Shown here piece by piece: positions 9,384-19,162 of a stretch of DNA of 64,000 nucleotides. Each line of letters starts with the position of its first letter. The stretch's first letter is position 1. Position numbers and translations under genes: made by a program. The notes beneath the pieces are model-generated. The model worked only from the letters and a program-made list of their open reading frames with translations. It was not told where the DNA came from and did not search any database. Source of the stretch: an archaeon (GTDB lineage Archaea > Nanobdellota > Nanobdellia > Woesearchaeales > GW2011-AR9); contig JABHRS010000007.1 of assembly GCA_018670085.1 (NCBI GenBank), forward strand, positions 272 to 64,271, given 5' to 3'.

Positions 9384-11408
9384 ATGGTAGAAACTATTGA
9401 AAAGCGAGATGGCAGAACTGTTCCTTTTTCACAGAGTAAAGTGACCACGGCTATTTGTAAAGCGTTTGCTAGTGTTGGGAAGGAAGATGCTCAAATTTGT
9501 CAATTATTAAGCGATATGATTGTTGATTATGTAGAACTAGCTGGAAACGAACCAACTCATATTGAAGATATTCAAGATTTAATTGAAAAGGCCTTGATGG
9601 AAGAAGGTCACACTGATGTTGCTCGAAATTTTATACTGTACAGATATCAACGAAAACAATTTCGCGAAGCAAAAGCTCATGCGGGCGTAACTGATGATTG
9701 TAAACTGGGACTTAATGCAATTAGAATTTTAGAATCAAGATATTTGCATCGAAATGAAAAAGGAGATGTTACCGAAACACCTCGGCAATTATTTGAACGG
9801 GTTGCAAGACATGTAGCACTTGCTGAGCGTAAGTTAAACGGAGATGAAGGAAAATATCGTGAATTATTTTTACAGATGATGCTCAATTTGGAATTTTTAC
9901 CAAACTCTCCAATGTTTATGAATGCAGGTAAACGTGGAGGATTGTTAAGTAGTTGTTATGTTCTGCCACTTGAAGACAGTACCGAAGGAATTTTTACAAC
10001 TCTTAAAGACGCAGTTATTATTCATAAACGAGGAGCTGGAACTGGTTTTAGTTTTTCTTCTATTCGACCAAAACGTGATAGTGTTCGTGGAATGCCAGGA
10101 CTTGCTTCAGGGCCAATCTCTTTTTTGAAGATATTTGATAGAGCAACTTCGGAAATAAAACAAGGAGCACGTCGTGCTGGTGGAAATATGGCTATTCTCA
10201 GAGTTGATCATCCAGACATTATTGATTTTATCACAATAAAGGATGAAAGAGATACAGTTTCAAATTATAACTTGTCAGTTGGAATTACAACAGAGTTTAT
10301 GCATGCGTTAAAACGTCGTAGCGATTATAATTTATATGATCCAAGGACAGGTGAAGTTTGTGGAACACTTAATTCTAAACGTATTTTTGATCTAATTGGT
10401 TTGATGGCTTGGAAAAATGGAGATCCAGGAATTGTATTTTTGGATCGAATGAATAATGAGCGAAGTAATCCAACTCCAAACCTTGGTGTTTGTGAAACTA
10501 CAAGCCCTTGTGGTGAATATCCACTTTTAGCTTATGAATCTGTAATCTTAGGTTCAGTTAATTTGTCAAAACATTTAAAGGGAGAAGGGTCTGCGCGTGA
10601 AGTAGACTTTGAAAAATTAGGACGCACTGTGCATTTGGCAGTCAGATTCTTAGACGATGCAACTGAATTAAACGGATTTCCATTAAGGCAAACACGTGAA
10701 ATTGTTTCTGGAAATAGAAAGATTGGGCTTTCTATAATGGGATTTGCAGATTTATTATTTATGCTTCGAATTCCATATAACTCCAGAAAGGCTTTGAATT
10801 TAGCTGAAAAAATAATGGAATATATCCAAACTGAAGCTAGGGCTTCTTCAAGAGAACTTGCTAAAGAAAGAGGAGTGTTTTTGAATTTTGATGAATCTTT
10901 ACTCAAGGATAAAGGGGCTGAGTATAAACAAAGGAATGCAACTCTCACAGCTATTTCACCAACTGGAACAATTTCACTAGTTGCATCATGTAGCCCATCA
11001 ATTGAACCAATTTATGGAATTTCTTTTTTGCGTAAGACTGCTCGTTTTGAATTTTTAGAAGTGAACCCTTATTTTGAGGAAGTAGCTAAAGAGCAAGGAT
11101 TTTATTCAGAAGAAATGTTTAGGAGAATTGCTGGACGATCATCCATTCAAGAGGTACAAGGAATTCCAGATGACGTAAAAAAAGTGTTTGTAACAGCAAT
11201 GGATTTATCTCCAGATGATCATGTTAAAATGCAAGCTGCTTTTCAAAAACATTTAGACTGTGCTGTTTCTAAAACAGTGAATTTTCCAAATAGTGCTTCA
11301 GTTGATGAAATTCAAAGAGTGTTTATGCTTGCATATGAACTTGGATGTAAGGGGATTACAGTTTATCGAGATGGAAGCCGAGATGTGCAGGTTTTGAACA
11401 GTAGGTAA
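9384..11408 (+). CDS. nrdJ: Adenosylcobalamin-dependent (class II) ribonucleotide reductase with N-terminal ATP cone; active site atypical
   Basis: KRDGR ATP cone, FLPNSP, SSCYV, SPCGE, ISPTGTIS, SKTVN, GCKGITVYRDGSR; cobO adjacent. Confidence 0.9.
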   Translation: MVETIEKRDGRTVPFSQSKVTTAICKAFASVGKEDAQICQLLSDMIVDYVELAGNEPTHIEDIQDLIEKALMEEGHTDVARNFILYRYQRKQFREAKAHAGVTDDCKLGLNAIRILESRYLHRNEKGDVTETPRQLFERVARHVALAERKLNGDEGKYRELFLQMMLNLEFLPNSPMFMNAGKRGGLLSSCYVLPLEDSTEGIFTTLKDAVIIHKRGAGTGFSFSSIRPKRDSVRGMPGLASGPISFLKIFDRATSEIKQGARRAGGNMAILRVDHPDIIDFITIKDERDTVSNYNLSVGITTEFMHALKRRSDYNLYDPRTGEVCGTLNSKRIFDLIGLMAWKNGDPGIVFLDRMNNERSNPTPNLGVCETTSPCGEYPLLAYESVILGSVNLSKHLKGEGSAREVDFEKLGRTVHLAVRFLDDATELNGFPLRQTREIVSGNRKIGLSIMGFADLLFMLRIPYNSRKALNLAEKIMEYIQTEARASSRELAKERGVFLNFDESLLKDKGAEYKQRNATLTAISPTGTISLVASCSPSIEPIYGISFLRKTARFEFLEVNPYFEEVAKEQGFYSEEMFRRIAGRSSIQEVQGIPDDVKKVFVTAMDLSPDDHVKMQAAFQKHLDCAVSKTVNFPNSASVDEIQRVFMLAYELGCKGITVYRDGSRDVQVLNSR

Positions 11409-11443
11409 TTTTTGTTTATAATAAAAATAATCATAATAATAAA

Positions 11444-12079
11444 ATGGAAAGAGTAGGAAAAGTTCAGGTTTATACAGGAGATGGGAAGGGTAAAACTACA
11501 GCTTCACTAGGTCTTGCTATGCGTGCCATTGGTCAAGGATTCAAAGTTTTTATGATTCAATTTATGAAAGGTGGCTCTTACACTGGTGAGTATGTAGCAG
11601 CTTCTAATTATTTGCCAAATTTTTCGATTGTTCAATACGGTAGGCATTGTATTAAACAACAAAAGCAAATGAAAATGAAAGGATTTTTTGATTTGACTAA
11701 AGTTGAGCAGAAAAGTAAATTGTTTGATTATATTCGTGATGATATTGAATGTGGAAGTTGCAGATTTTGTTTTCTAAATGATGATATTCAAAAGGATTAT
11801 TGTGAGGAAGCTTTGAAGCATGCGATGGAAGTTGTAGAAAGTGGTGAACATCATTTGGTGATTCTTGATGAAATTAATGTGGCCCTGCAACTTGGAATGA
11901 TTAAAGAATCACATGTTTTGGATTTGATTTCAAAAAAACCAGAACATGTAGAATTAATATTAACTGGCCGAGGAGTTCCTGATTCAATAAAGGAAGCAGC
12001 TGACTTGGTGACTGAGATGAAATTGCATAAACATTATTTTAATGATGGTGTTAATGCAAGGCGCGGGATAGAGTATTGA
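11444..12079 (+). CDS. cobO: Cob(I)alamin adenosyltransferase (CobO/BtuR/CobA)
   Basis: YTGDGKGKTTA, IQFMKG, ILDEI, ELILTGR, ARRGIEY. Confidence 0.92.
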   Translation: MERVGKVQVYTGDGKGKTTASLGLAMRAIGQGFKVFMIQFMKGGSYTGEYVAASNYLPNFSIVQYGRHCIKQQKQMKMKGFFDLTKVEQKSKLFDYIRDDIECGSCRFCFLNDDIQKDYCEEALKHAMEVVESGEHHLVILDEINVALQLGMIKESHVLDLISKKPEHVELILTGRGVPDSIKEAADLVTEMKLHKHYFNDGVNARRGIEY

Positions 12080-12519
12080 GAATGGTTTCTTTAGTTAATT
12101 TTAAAGATGATTTAGGATCAATTTTGTCTGGTGCAAGAAGACTTAGTTTGGCAGTTTCTACTGGAGATGCTATGCCTCAAGTTTCATTGATGCAATTTGT
12201 TGTTGGTTCTGAATTTAGAATTTTTATGAAATTTTTTAGTAGTTCTAGGAAATTTTCTGTCTTGAAAGAGAATAAAAGTGCTGCAATTTGTGTTTATGAT
12301 AATCCTAAATATACTCAAATGGAAGGCACTGTTGATTTTATTGATTCAGTTGAGGTTATAGACGCTGTGAAGAATTTATTTTTAGAAAAGTATGGTGATT
12401 CTGAGCAAATGAAATTGTATCTTGCAGACAAATCTTTAGTGTTTGTGGAATTTGTTCCGAAAGCAGCAAAATGCAGGTTGAGGGAAAGTTATCCGTTTGG
12501 ATCAAAAGTATTATTTTAG
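12076..12519 (+). CDS. Pyridoxamine 5'-phosphate oxidase-like FMN-binding split-barrel protein
   Basis: LAVST..PQVS, SRKFSVLKENKSA, QMEG pattern. Confidence 0.7.
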   Translation: MRMVSLVNFKDDLGSILSGARRLSLAVSTGDAMPQVSLMQFVVGSEFRIFMKFFSSSRKFSVLKENKSAAICVYDNPKYTQMEGTVDFIDSVEVIDAVKNLFLEKYGDSEQMKLYLADKSLVFVEFVPKAAKCRLRESYPFGSKVLF

Positions 12520-12529
12520 GTGAAGGAAG

Positions 12530-12973
12530 ATGAAAAAAGGAATAGATTACCCCGGAGTTACTGTAGTGTTTATGTGCCACGATGGTGCTGGTAACTTTCT
12601 TTTGAATAAAAGGTCAGTTAATTGTCGTGATGAACATGGGAAATGGGATGCTGGCGGTGGTGGTGTAGATTTAGGAGAAGGTGTTATTGAAACTTTAACC
12701 AAAGAAATCACTGAAGAATATGGGACTGAAATTTTAGATCATGAGTTTTTAGGATATCGTGATTGTCATCGGGTACATAATGAAAATAAGACTCATTGGA
12801 TTGCATTGGACTTTTTGGTACATGTAGATCGTAGCAAAGTTGTAAATAATGAACCTCATAAATTTGATGAAATTGGGTGGTTTAAGTGGGGAGAGTTCCC
12901 TGAACCTCGACATTCATTGTTTCCTCTGTTTTTTGATACACACAAAGAACAGTTGAGTCGGTTTGAGAAATGA
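12530..12973 (+). CDS. NUDIX hydrolase
   Basis: Nudix box GGGVDLGEGVIETLTKEITEEYG. Confidence 0.88.
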   Translation: MKKGIDYPGVTVVFMCHDGAGNFLLNKRSVNCRDEHGKWDAGGGGVDLGEGVIETLTKEITEEYGTEILDHEFLGYRDCHRVHNENKTHWIALDFLVHVDRSKVVNNEPHKFDEIGWFKWGEFPEPRHSLFPLFFDTHKEQLSRFEK

Positions 12974-13077
12974 TCGTGCTTATTTTATTCTTTTGAGTAA
13001 ATTATATAAACGAATTTTACTTTCTTTTATTATTAGTTTTGTAATATTAAAAATAATAACACTTAATCAAATAATAA

Positions 13078-14265
13078 CTAAAACTCTTCAATCTCAAGCT
13101 TTCCTTTCTTACTCTTAATCACATAATTTTCAAGTTCGGAAAAACCTGTCATCTCAGTAACTAATTTTGGTAAGATAATTCTTTCACCTTTAAACTGTAA
13201 ATTTGTAATTAATTCACTCTTATTAGCTTCTTTATTTTTCATCTCTTTAATCACAGCCTGTTTGTGCATATCAGCTTCAGTACTTAAATTTGCAATTGTT
13301 TGTTGGTACATATGTTTTGCAATTTCTCTTGCGACATTAATTCCAGAAGCTGCTGTGATCCCTTGCAGACCAGGGGAGATATTTGCTTCAATTACAACTG
13401 AACCAAGTGGTCCTTCTAAAATATCAACTCCACAAATATCTGCACCTAATGCTCTGGCGGTCTTAATTGCAAGAGTTTTTGTTTCGCGATTAACAGCAAC
13501 TAATTGTCCTGATCCACCTGCATGAATATTTGCACGCTTTTCATCAGTTGTTGCTTTTCGCTCCATTCCAGCAATAGCTCTGTCACCAATTACAATTACT
13601 CGCAAATCAGTTCCACCAGTTTCGACGTACTCTTGGATGATAAATGGTTGATTTAATGCACCTAGTGCATCTAGTAATGAAGATGCTGAAGAAATACTGT
13701 CTGCAAACATCACGCCTTTTCCTTGTGTACCTTCTGGAAATTTCATTACAATAGGATAATTTACTTTTTTTAGAAGTTTTTTTGCGGATTCAATATTAGG
13801 TGATACATATGTTTTTGGCATTGGAATATCATGTTGTTGAAGTGCCAAATGCGTTAGAAGCTTATTATGAACAATTGTAAAAGATGCTGCTGGCAGAGGG
13901 ATAAATGGTACTTTCCCTTCTAGCATACTAGTTATTGATCTGAGTAAATGTTTGTAGCGAAATGAACCTTTAATGTATAGACAATCATAGTATGGTAGAT
14001 TTTTTCCCTGATAGAATACTCCTGCGTTTTTTCCGAGAATAACTTCCATCTCCTTTAGTTGGATCATATCAACTTGTTCAAAGAATTCACCAAGTGCTTC
14101 AGCTGTCATTTTTGAACTTTTGGAACCAAGAGAAATAACTCCTGCTTTTAATCCATTTTGAATTTGAGGGGCAGCAGTTTTTTTCTCAGAATTTTTTGAT
14201 GCTTCTAACTCTTTAGCATCATGTGCCCTTGCTTCTTCTACTAGTTGCTCTGTTGAAAGTCCCAT
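13078..14265 (-). CDS. RimK/LysX-family ATP-grasp ligase with C-terminal AbrB-like extension
   Basis: KFPEGTQGKGV, IIQEYV, DLRV, RANIHAGG, GVDIL, IEANISPG. Confidence 0.88.
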   Translation of the reverse strand: MGLSTEQLVEEARAHDAKELEASKNSEKKTAAPQIQNGLKAGVISLGSKSSKMTAEALGEFFEQVDMIQLKEMEVILGKNAGVFYQGKNLPYYDCLYIKGSFRYKHLLRSITSMLEGKVPFIPLPAASFTIVHNKLLTHLALQQHDIPMPKTYVSPNIESAKKLLKKVNYPIVMKFPEGTQGKGVMFADSISSASSLLDALGALNQPFIIQEYVETGGTDLRVIVIGDRAIAGMERKATTDEKRANIHAGGSGQLVAVNRETKTLAIKTARALGADICGVDILEGPLGSVVIEANISPGLQGITAASGINVAREIAKHMYQQTIANLSTEADMHKQAVIKEMKNKEANKSELITNLQFKGERIILPKLVTEMTGFSELENYVIKSKKGKLEIEEF

Positions 14266-14330
14266 ATTTTTTCTCGTTATTTTTCTGGTGAAATTTTTAT
14301 TTTTTTATTTTTATTTTTTTAAATGTTTTA

Positions 14331-14687
14331 TTAATCAATTAATGGATCAACTAAAAATGTTCCTTGTTTTAGATGATTCTGGCCGATTAGTACAGGATAC
14401 TTCATCGCTTTTCTGTCTGCTAATGAAAATTCTCCTTCAATATTATTCCCTTGAATCTTGGCAATTGCTCTAACTACTGGTCTGCGTTTTTTTCCACTAG
14501 CACTTTTGACTAATTTTTCTCTAATAATTGGACCAATTTGAAGTTTTCCAGCCAAATCAATATCAATTGAGGAAATAGTAGCCCCAGTATCAATTCTTGC
14601 GATAACTGTTTTTGTTGGAGCGTCTTTTTTATTGCTTGCAAAGATAGTAATCTCTGCTGTAAGGCCTAGGATTGGTCTTTTTGTCAT
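14331..14687 (-). CDS. RimK-associated retropepsin-like protease
   Basis: ARIDTGATISSID and LADRKAMKYPVLIG motifs. Confidence 0.85.
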   Translation of the reverse strand: MTKRPILGLTAEITIFASNKKDAPTKTVIARIDTGATISSIDIDLAGKLQIGPIIREKLVKSASGKKRRPVVRAIAKIQGNNIEGEFSLADRKAMKYPVLIGQNHLKQGTFLVDPLID

Positions 14688-14794
14688 CTTAGCTTATCTT
14701 TTGCTTATAGCTATTTAAGGATTTTGTCTATATCATAAATATATCTGCATTTTGTAGTAATGTTTTTTAAAGAATACTGAATTTTGAGTTAAAT

Positions 14795-15052
14795 ATGGCA
14801 GAACTTGAAATGAACTTGGAGATGGAGCAGCTTTATGATTCGATAGAATCTGAGGGGCATCAGAAAATTATGATCCAATTGCCAGATGGTTTGAAACCAA
14901 AAGCAAAAGAGATTCAAATTGACTTGTTATCTAGGTTTCCAGAGTTAAAGATTACTTTTTGGGCAGGAGATTGTTATGGTGCTTGTGATACACCTCAGGT
15001 TACTGGATTTGATCTGTTTGTAGCTTTTGGGCATTCTAAATGGAAGTATTGA
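14795..15052 (+). CDS. dph2: Diphthamide synthesis Dph2, N-terminal domain only
   Basis: IQLPDGLK, CYGACD, FGHS; only 85 aa. Confidence 0.8.
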   Translation: MAELEMNLEMEQLYDSIESEGHQKIMIQLPDGLKPKAKEIQIDLLSRFPELKITFWAGDCYGACDTPQVTGFDLFVAFGHSKWKY

Positions 15053-15153
15053 TTGGATTTTTTTGATGATTTCTTTGTGTTCTATAGTTGATTAAAAAGA
15101 AATCTAATTAAATAATATCTGTAGAAGAAAATAATCAATAAAAAAAATAATAA

Positions 15154-15468
15154 TTATACATTAACCATTTCAATCTCAATGTTAAGACCTTCTGGAATAA
15201 GAACTCTCATAATAAGACGTAATGTTCTCTCGTCTGCTGAAACATCAATTAGACGTTTATGAATGTTCATAGAATATCGCTCCCAACTTGCTCTTCCTTC
15301 ACCATCAGGTGATTTACGAGTGGTTACTTTAAGTTTCTTTGTTGGAAGTGGAATAGGTCCGCGCATATCAACGCCAGTCTTTTCCACTATCTCTTGGATA
15401 GAAGAGGTTACTTGATTAATTTTTGCAATCTCTGCAGATGTTAATTTTATTCGTGCTCTTGATGCCAT
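15154..15468 (-). CDS. rps10: Ribosomal protein uS10
   Basis: GPIPLPTKKLKVTTRKSPDGEG, HKRLID. Confidence 0.97.
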   Translation of the reverse strand: MASRARIKLTSAEIAKINQVTSSIQEIVEKTGVDMRGPIPLPTKKLKVTTRKSPDGEGRASWERYSMNIHKRLIDVSADERTLRLIMRVLIPEGLNIEIEMVNV

Positions 15469-15618
15469 TATGCGTTTTCCTCTGTCACTTGTATTTAAAC
15501 CTTACTGTTTAACCTTTGTTTTTGGTTAATTTTTGATCTAAATACGTATTTTGTTTTGTAATTTTGTTTGTTTTGATATTATAAAAAAATAAATAAAAAA
15601 ATAAAAAGGTAAAAAACC

Positions 15619-16923
15619 TTATTTTGCATTAAGATCTTTTTTAACAAGATCAATACACATACCAGCTGCTACAGTTGTTCCGGAATCACGAATAGCGAAT
15701 CTTGACATCTGTGGGATTTCTCCTTGCTTCTCAATTACTACTGCCTGAACAGGTCGTAATCTAACAATAGCTGCGTCTCCGTTACGTAGGATATCTTTTC
15801 CTTCAGTAACTTCTTGACCAGTAGCTGGGTTTAACTTTTTCACAATCTCAACAAATTGACAAGCAACTTGTGCGGTGTGAATGTGGAAAACCGGTGTGTA
15901 TCCAACAGTTACAACAGTTGGGTGGTTCATGATAACGATTTGTGCAGTGAACTCAGTTACTACAGATGGTACATTATCTGCGTGTCCAAGAACGTCTCCA
16001 CGGGCGATATCTTTTTTACCTACTCCACGTACGTTGAAACCGACATTGTCTCCAGGACCAGCTTCGCTGTGTTGTTCGTGGTGCATTTCAATTGTTTTAA
16101 CTTCACCAGAAACTCCTTTACCTTCACGGCCAGGAACGATGATAACTTTGTCACCAATTTTCATTAGTCCAGTTTCAATACGTCCTACAGGAACTACTCC
16201 AATTCCAGTAATGTTATACACATCTTGGATTGCAAGTCTTAAAGGTAAGTTAGTTGGTTTACCAGGTACTTCAAATTTGTCAACAGCTTGTAATAAAGTG
16301 TCTCCAGTCCACCATGGCATGTTCGCTTCATCGTTTTTAGTGATGTTTGAACCAGGTAAAGATGCGATTGGTAAAAATCGAAGTTTGTCTACAGGCCATC
16401 CTGCAACTTTTGCTTCATTTTTAACTTGTTCAACAACTTCGTTGTATCTTTTCTCACTCCAGTCTACTCCTGAAATGTCCATCTTGTTAACAGCAACTAC
16501 TAATTGTCCAACTCCGAAGATTCTGGATAATTTTAAGTGCTCTTTAGTTTGTGAGTTAACACCGTCGTTAGCTGCAACTACAATAACTGCACAGTCTGCT
16601 TGGGAAGCTCCAGTAATCATATTTTTAATGAAGTCCTTGTGGCCAGGTGCGTCGATAATTGTAAAGTAATATTTGTCAGTATGGAACTTTTTGTGAGCAA
16701 GATCGATGGTTACTCCACGTTCTTGTTCTTCTTTTAAGTTATCCATTACGAATGCGAATTCGAAACCTTTTTTACCTAATTGCTCTGCTTTATCTTTTAA
16801 TTTACGCATAGCTTGTTCGTCAACGTTTCCTGTATCAAACAGTAATCGTCCAACAGTTGTTGATTTTCCATGATCTACATGACCGATGAAAACCAAGTTA
16901 ATATGTTCTTTTTCTTTTGCCAT
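15619..16923 (-). CDS. tuf: Translation elongation factor EF-1 alpha
   Basis: [18 protein letters not shown]; start MAKEKEH at 16923 after GGAGG. Confidence 0.98.
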   Translation of the reverse strand: MAKEKEHINLVFIGHVDHGKSTTVGRLLFDTGNVDEQAMRKLKDKAEQLGKKGFEFAFVMDNLKEEQERGVTIDLAHKKFHTDKYYFTIIDAPGHKDFIKNMITGASQADCAVIVVAANDGVNSQTKEHLKLSRIFGVGQLVVAVNKMDISGVDWSEKRYNEVVEQVKNEAKVAGWPVDKLRFLPIASLPGSNITKNDEANMPWWTGDTLLQAVDKFEVPGKPTNLPLRLAIQDVYNITGIGVVPVGRIETGLMKIGDKVIIVPGREGKGVSGEVKTIEMHHEQHSEAGPGDNVGFNVRGVGKKDIARGDVLGHADNVPSVVTEFTAQIVIMNHPTVVTVGYTPVFHIHTAQVACQFVEIVKKLNPATGQEVTEGKDILRNGDAAIVRLRPVQAVVIEKQGEIPQMSRFAIRDSGTTVAAGMCIDLVKKDLNAK

Positions 16924-17318
16924 TTTATTCTTATTTCCTCCAAAATCGGGTTGGTTGTTTATTTTATTATACATAAAAACGGTTTGAGCCGTTTTTGGTA
17001 TGCTAAAAATCTTTGATTTTTAACATGATTATTATTGTAACCCCTTTCTAACTCGGTTAATACCAGAAAAAATACGAATTTTGTGCATAATTTCTATATA
17101 ATTTGAGTATAGGCGGTTGGGCTTGGGATGGTTTATAAAGGTTTCTAACAATTCCGTATAAAATGGTGATTTTAGAACCTCAAAATTTTTGTAATTTTTG
17201 TAGGTTTCTCTTGTTTTGAGTGGTTTTTATGGGAGAATGTTTGGTTTTTAATGATTCAAAATGATTGTATGAAGATTCTAGAAATTTGAATAAAATAAAA
17301 AAAATAAAAAAAGAAAGC

Positions 17319-17936
17319 TTACTCTTCTACAAAGTCCGCAATTTCATAATTTTCAAGCTCTTGGTCACCACGAAGGATTCCATTTGCTCGTAAATATTCA
17401 CGGGTTATAATATACAGTAATAATCCAATTGATTTTTTTCCTTTGTTGTTTGCAGGAATGATCAAATCTGAATTATTTGGTTCGTTGTTAGTGTCACAGA
17501 AAGAAACTACTGGGATTCCTGCTTTACTAGCATCGACTACTGCGTTTTTATCTGGCCAAGGATCACAAACAATCATCACTTTTGGTTCGAAAAATGTTTC
17601 TAAATTTGTGTTGGTTAAGATTCCCGGCGGATATCTGCCAGTAATAATATTGATTCCAGTTAACTTTTTTAGAATTCTAAGTCCTTTCCAACCGTTTTCA
17701 CGACGGGAAACTATTAAAATTTCTTCTGGTTTGTAGTTGCTTAAAAATTTACAAGCAACTCTCATTCTTTCATCAATTTTTTTAAGGTTTAATACACTTA
17801 AACCGTCAGGTCTAGTTTTGTAAATAAACTCTTTCATATATCTAGTTTTAAACTTGGTCCCGATATGAACTCCTGCTTTGAGGTATTCATTGGTATCGAC
17901 AAGCAAGTTCTCTTCTTGTTGTGGTTGGTCTGTCAT
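17319..17936 (-). CDS. rps2: Ribosomal protein uS2
   Basis: YLKAGVHIGTK, GRYPPGILTN, PANNKG. Confidence 0.97.
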   Translation of the reverse strand: MTDQPQQEENLLVDTNEYLKAGVHIGTKFKTRYMKEFIYKTRPDGLSVLNLKKIDERMRVACKFLSNYKPEEILIVSRRENGWKGLRILKKLTGINIITGRYPPGILTNTNLETFFEPKVMIVCDPWPDKNAVVDASKAGIPVVSFCDTNNEPNNSDLIIPANNKGKKSIGLLLYIITREYLRANGILRGDQELENYEIADFVEE

Positions 17937-17964
17937 TTTTTGTTTACCTTTTTTGTTTTTATTT

Positions 17965-18240
17965 AAGAGTTGTATAGGCGCTGGCCAAGACCGGACTATT
18001 TCATTCGACTACACAAAGATTTTGATATGCTTTGCGTAATCAAAATGTTTGTCGAAAATCGTTGGATTTTTTTGATTTTCCGGTGAGGAGGCGAGCGCGC
18101 CTACAACTCTTGATATTAGTGTGCAAAAGATGCTTAAGAATTAGGTAACGATTGTCACTTAGTTCTCTGCAGTTTCTTTTGCCTCATGCAGCAGTGTAAA
18201 TCAGCAATTTAGATTTACGTTGGCTATGATGTGGCTAGAA
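17965..18240. ncRNA. Unidentified structured RNA or element upstream of rps2
   Basis: Nested inverted repeats (AAGAGTTG..TAGGCGC/GCGCCTACAACTCTT, ACCGGA/TCCGGT, ATTTTGAT/ATCAAAAT, GCAAAAGA/TCTTTTGC); no ORF. Confidence 0.5.
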
Positions 18241-18277
18241 TCAGTTTGATTTAAAAATGTTGTGTTAGAAATAAGAG

Positions 18278-19162
18278 TTAAATTTTTGCTAATAAATTTT
18301 CAATGTTTTCATTAGCAGATCCAATTTCGATTCTTTCAATAATTTTAGCATTGCTTCCAAATTTGTTCACACCAACAACTACTCGAATATGAACTGGGCT
18401 GTTATCAATTTGGTTGTGTAAATCTGAGAGATAATATTCAACATTAATTTTTTGATTTGTTCTGATTATTATAATAGGAGCGAGTATTGCCATTAACAAT
18501 AACGAAACGATGATCCAAAACTGAGGACGAATATTTTGGGTGTTTGTTGCCCAAGCATTTCCAACAAGGTTCTTTGTAAAAGAAAATGCTCCGTCTTCGC
18601 CAATAATTTTTCCATTAGCAAGTAATCCTAACAATGTATCACCACAGATTTTTGATTCAACATTCACTGCATCACTACATGCATTAGCATCATAACAGGT
18701 TCGTTGAATTGTTTCTCCTTGTATACAATCTTCTGGTGTCCAGCTAGTACATTCAATATCACTAGTACATCCAATTAAAGTTTCTTTAATTTGATCCACC
18801 AATGTCTCTGATTCTTCAGAACTGCTGTCATCTGACTCAGATATTTCTTCTTCTTCCTCCTCCTCTTCTTCTTCTTCTTCACCTTCTTCTACAGTTGGGT
18901 AACTGGATGCTCCACGTCCACCACTAACTTCTGGAACATCACTATCTGCACAGGCACCGCAATCTTCACTACAAATAGAACAAGTTTCATTATTATTACA
19001 AATAGCATCTCCACAATAAATACCCACTGAAATAGACGCTGTACCTGCAACAGCACTAGTTGGATCTTGATTTAATTCATAAATTATTGTTCCTGCAACA
19101 TTGAACACTGTGAGTGATAAAACTAATAATATTAACACAGAAACTAAATTTGTTGACTTCAC
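18278..19162 (-). CDS. Cell-surface protein with N- and C-terminal TM segments, Cys-rich modules and acidic linker
   Basis: CGDAIC..ETCSICSEDCGAC, poly-E, CTSWTPEDC. Confidence 0.7.
   Translation of the reverse strand: MKSTNLVSVLILLVLSLTVFNVAGTIIYELNQDPTSAVAGTASISVGIYCGDAICNNNETCSICSEDCGACADSDVPEVSGGRGASSYPTVEEGEEEEEEEEEEEEISESDDSSSEESETLVDQIKETLIGCTSDIECTSWTPEDCIQGETIQRTCYDANACSDAVNVESKICGDTLLGLLANGKIIGEDGAFSFTKNLVGNAWATNTQNIRPQFWIIVSLLLMAILAPIIIIRTNQKINVEYYLSDLHNQIDNSPVHIRVVVGVNKFGSNAKIIERIEIGSANENIENLLAKI

Noticed and set aside
15856-16669. Long + strand ORFs (262 aa, 103 aa) and similar antisense ORFs over ftsZ, rpo genes and nrdJ
   Set aside because: Shadow frames of conserved genes on the opposite strand
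17965-18240. Call as 5S rRNA, SRP RNA, RNase P or H/ACA guide
   Set aside because: Signature motifs not found; the ACA after GCGCCT lies inside a continuing stem
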